Assembly: GCA_047495785.1 (NCBI GenBank)
Contig: JBLDXI010000031.1
Coordinates: forward strand, 434,001 to 498,000
Reading direction: 5' to 3'
Length of the DNA: 64,000 nt
Origin: Lepidodermella squamata
Lineage: Eukaryota > Animalia > Gastrotricha
The notes beneath the pieces were generated by a model. That model saw only the letters and a program-made list of their open reading frames with translations, was not told the origin of the DNA and searched no databases. Of the stretch, positions 59,522-64,000 are shown piece after piece; position 1 is the stretch's first letter, and each line of letters starts with the position of its first letter. Made by a program: the position numbers and the translations under genes.

Positions 59522-62500
59522 ATGACAAAGTCCGTCTTACTGCTCCTTCTATTAGAAACAGGTAAAAATACCGAAAAATCCCAAAATTTCCGAGTATTGG
59601 TAACTTTTTTATTTATACAGTTTTAGTATCGGCTGAAGATGTGGATAACTATGCCATCAAAGTTGGACAACGATGTTCGGGTGGAACAAGTGCCGCCATT
59701 GGCGAAACCATAAAAGGCACCCAAAATGCGTGCGCTAAGGAGTGCAACTTCCTTGGAGCTTGCTACGGCTTCAATTACCGTTCAGACCTAGGAACTTGCG
59801 TCCTGCGCTCTTCAGGCTGCGTCATGGTCGATGACGAAGACGGAGTATTTTTCCAGAAGGTTTCTGCACAGAGCACGAATCAAGCGTCGGCCTTTTCCGC
59901 GAAGGAAGTAGTCAAAATGGCTGCTGACGAATGGATCGAAGACTCGCAGTTCCCCGACTACGTCCTGACAAATGGTTGGAAATGCCGTAGCGACATCACT
60001 ATTGGCGATCTCAGGGTGGATGATACTTACTTCTGCTCTGCGATTTGCCAAGCTGCCCAGCACTGTTTGGGCTTCAACGTCGAGTCTGATGCCGCGAACC
60101 CGAGCCAACAAACCTGCAACGTCCGACCCATCGATTGCCAACTCGAGCCTGATGCCAAGACCACGTTCTACCGATTCGCGATGCAAGTCATAAAGCCGGG
60201 TAGTCTCGACGGCAAAAAGAACCCACCAATCGCTGGTTTTGATTCAAAAGTCGGTGTTCGCTGTGTTGGTGGGACGAGTACGGTTATTGGGACAACAGAA
60301 TTCGAACTCCACGACTGCTCAGAGGTTTGTAAACGGGATCCGACCTGCACGGGTTTCAATTGGCTGCAGGAGGGCAATGTTTGCGTCTCGAGATCTGGGC
60401 AATGTAACGAAGTCAAAGATACCGCCTTTGTTTTCTACCGGAAACAGGTTGCAGCCCTAATTTACAAACAAACCGAACTGCCTACTACTACAACATTGGC
60501 TACAACTCTGCAGCCGAAGGTTGCTCCGTCGAGATTTGAGATCACATCTGAGTCGAAATGCATCGATGGCTCCAGCTCGAGGATTGGCGAAGTTATGAAT
60601 GATTTGGATACTTGCACAGTGGAGTGTTTGAAGACAGCCGATTGTTATGGGTTCAATTTCAACAAGGAGACATCGGCTTGCGTCATGCGAACTGATGGCT
60701 GTTTGATTCAACGTGATGTTAGGTTCACGTTCCAACGGAAAATTCCGAAAATTCAGCCAAAAGCGGTAGCTCAGTCAGGTAATTTTAGAAACATCCTAAA
60801 AATTCTCAAAATATTCTCAAAAATGTCTACTGAATTCCTGAAAAATTCAGAAAAATCCCTGAAAATTTTAAAATTTCGAAAAAATATCCTCGCCATTTTT
60901 TTTATTTACATAATCTTTCGGGTGCCTACTGATGATAATAACGACATCCGTAGTTCGTTCATATAGCAATATAGCCATATCCTTGCAAAATATCAATAAA
61001 TTTTTTTAGATATAATACAAATCTGAAAAATCAATCATTTTTTATTTAATTCCAGAAAATTGGGGAATTTGTGTAGATTTTCAACTTTTCGGAATTTCGG
61101 GGAAATTTCAAGTTATTTCAAATTAAATTTATTTGAGATTTTTAAACATTTCTGAACACATTGAAGGGTGCGATCCTTTTCACATTTTTCGAAAATTAAA
61201 AGACAATTATTCCTGATTTTTTCTTGTTTTTTCTGGTTTTAATAGCTCTTGAAATCGACCCGAACGCACAGTCGACATCTCCTGATATTCTTGGCTACGA
61301 CAAAGCTCCTAGAACCGGCTGTTTCCCCGCAACGCCAAGTCTTGAAATTAACCTGTTCTACACCCTAAAAGAATGTCAATCAAGTTGCGACCGAGACCTA
61401 TCCTGTCTCGGTTTCAACTCGCGCTACACCGAAAGCGACAAACTCGAATTCTGCGTCACGCAAATCGGCGAATGTCGAGAGCGAACAATAGAAAACTACA
61501 AAATCATATACTATAGAAAACAGAAATCTATGGAGCCTAAGGTTGTACCCCAGGCACCTACAACATGGGGCACTACAACCCAACAAAACATCGCAACCAC
61601 CCTAATTTTGCCGAATTATCCTAACCTTGACGGTTACATCGCTGATAAAGACCGAAAATGCAGCCTAGGGACAAGTCGAAGAATTGGAAATTCGGAGGTT
61701 GTTATTCAAAAATGTGTCGAATATTGCGCGAGTGACCCGGAATGTTTCGGGATTAATTACATCACCGAAACAGGAGTTTGCGTCGCGAGGTCAACCGGGT
61801 GCGATGAGGCCGAACAAACTGGGGTTATTTTCTATCGGAAAAAGTCGACTTCAAGCCCTTACCACGAGAGTCTACCAACCTCGGATGACGATAAAGCCCA
61901 GCCGAATGGGTTTGCTAGTAAGACTGGGGTGAAGTGTACAGGTGGGACGAGTTCAAAGCTGCGAGATCCTGATGTTACGTTGAAGAATTGTTTGGATTTT
62001 TGTGCGACGAATTCCGAGTGTTATGGCGTGAATTGGAACTCGGGCGGCGGTGCTTGTGTGGCGCGGACTGCCGGCTGTGAAGAGTTGGAGGATGCGCAGT
62101 TTGTGTTCTATTTGAAGGCTGCCACGCCTGTTTTGGGTGCAGCGAGGCCGAAAGTTGCGCCAAAAGACTCGGGTATGTTTTTTACAACGCGAATTATCAA
62201 ATTTATGTCATGCTTGAAAACGCTAGCTTTTAGACTAGATAACCAAAATTTTATCCCCGAATTGTTCTGATTTTTTAACCAATTTTATTCCGTGGCAAAT
62301 GACCGTTTATTTGAAATTAGCTGGGAAACGTCTAGAAAATCGTGAAAATATTATATATCAATGAATTTTGGAGTTCATGACAATTTTTTTGAGATATATT
62401 CGCATGGAACTTCAAACAATGTTTGCGGGCGCTGATGTCGAACTGTCATTTTCAAATTTATTGTATCAGTTTTCGCATCTGAATGATTTTCCGAAAATTC

Positions 62501-63732
62501 GGAAATTATAAGGTTTTTGCGCTGAAAATATTACTATGTAGTGACGAGCTTTTAAAGAACTTACAAGCACGCTCCGAAGTTATGAAAAAACTTTCACTTT
62601 CAAACGCGATAATTTTCGATAAAGAATTATTTTCAATTTTATTTTGGTCTGTAATCCGCTGCAATATTCGAATTAACTGTTCCACATCCTACTAACTATC
62701 CGTTTGCCTGAAATATTTCTGAAATATTTAGTGGACACAGATTTATTAATTCTTGGTATTTTCGTGAATTTTTAACGGTCGGCTTGACGTGACGATTGAT
62801 AACAATTAAATGAAATCGAAATCGGCCCAAAATTTCCGAAATTCGGGGCTAAATAATTTCAACTGTTTCTCAATCAAATCTATCGGGAAATCTATCTATT
62901 CAACACTGCAATTTTCCAAATTTTTCAAACTTTTAAATTTTAAATTGTTTTTGGTATTCTTATAATTTTGTCGCTTTATTTTCATTACGTTGAATTCCCA
63001 GTCCATTTGAAAAGTTTTCGTGATTTGCGTAGAGTTAAAAAAAAACTCTAAAAATATTTAATTGCTAGAAAAAACGATATATATTTATTCTGGAATATTT
63101 TTCGTTTTTTATTAGTCTTTGACGTCTCAACGCAATCGCCAATTTTACCGACCTATTCCAGTCTTCCAAAGGTCGATGGCTACTCCGAAAAAGCCGGCGT
63201 CGTTTGTTACTCCTTCACCCGCCCGAAATCCCTGGCAATGGAATTCCTTGAAGACCTCGCCAGCTGCAAATCGGCCTGTGATCCCGACTTCAACTGCCTC
63301 GGCTTCAACGTTCAATTCGACGACAACAACCAACTCGAATTCTGTTCGACCCAAGTCACGGAATGCTCGGAAAAATCAAACACAGAACACAATTTAGCCT
63401 TCTACCGAAAAGACAGCTATGCATCATCGAATGCGTTGAAAGATGTTGAATTCAATAACAATGAGTCGCCCTATCAAAGTGGGACAAGGCTGTTCATCGA
63501 AAGGCCAAACACGCGTTGCAGCGGCGGCTTCAGCTATGTGATAAGTAGGGCAACGGCGACTCTGACCGAATGCTGGGCGTCTTGCTTGAACAAAGACGAG
63601 TGTTACGGGGTTAATTACGCCCCGTTGTTAGGCTCATGCACCCTGCAGACGAGTGGTTGTATCGAGGCTAAAACCGGCCCTGACTCTGGGCTGAATTTCT
63701 ATCAAAAAGTTGTCCAGCCTGGAAATATGTGA
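59522..63732 (+). CDS. Secreted multi-PAN/apple-domain protein (9 domains visible; 3' end uncertain)
   Basis: Signal exon MTKSVLLLLLLET; phase-1 introns; repeats of C...CxxxC....CxG(F/V)N...C...C...FY(R/Q)K (4+3+2) with Thr-rich linkers. Confidence 0.87.
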
Positions 63733-64000
63733 AATAATTGACGTTCTCCGATGCGCTTTTCTTGTATAATATATAAATTGTTTTTATTTAGTCATCTGTG
63801 AGTTATAGCTCTTAATAACGGTAAATGGCGTCTTAGGATTTTTCGCTTGAATTAAAGTGTGATTTATTCAGGTAATAAATGAAACGTGGAAATTCGCTAG
63901 TTTTTAAGCAAGACTAATGCTGGCGGCTGATTCCTGACGTTGTAGTGATTTAGCATTAAAATCACTCGAAATATTATTCAGTAGTCGATGAATGTTGCAG

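Overview
This is eukaryotic (animal) DNA from a compact genome. Most GT-AG introns are 45-60 bp, and one conserved intron is only 32 bp. An appendicularian tunicate such as Oikopleura would fit, but that is inference only. The window is a fast-evolving multigene locus with three interleaved families. (1) Seven class C GPCRs of GABA-B-like architecture: Venus flytrap directly followed by 7TM, no cysteine-rich domain, long ICL2, short tail. One is partial at the window edge, one is broken by a piggyBac-type MITE, and there is also a 3' relic. (2) A family of secreted ~225-aa, 18-Cys proteins that I cannot assign to a named family. They form five repeated head-to-head A(-)/B(+) gene pairs sharing short bidirectional promoters (12.3-30.3 kb), with three decayed A remnants and two more divergent C-type paralogues (35-39.6 kb). 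(3) Five small secreted peptides with a CxxxC...CxC motif, doubled in four of them (44.7-51.2 kb). The window ends in a secreted protein with nine PAN/apple domains. Mobile DNA includes a 4.6-kb two-gene piggyBac with a nested CACAG-ended element, an internally deleted Sola-like transposase, several MITEs and a Ty3/gypsy relic. The best candidate for a new system is the paired A/B Cys-rich array embedded among diversified class C receptors, with visible exon mosaicism and gene conversion. All exon models were read by eye; no database searches were run.
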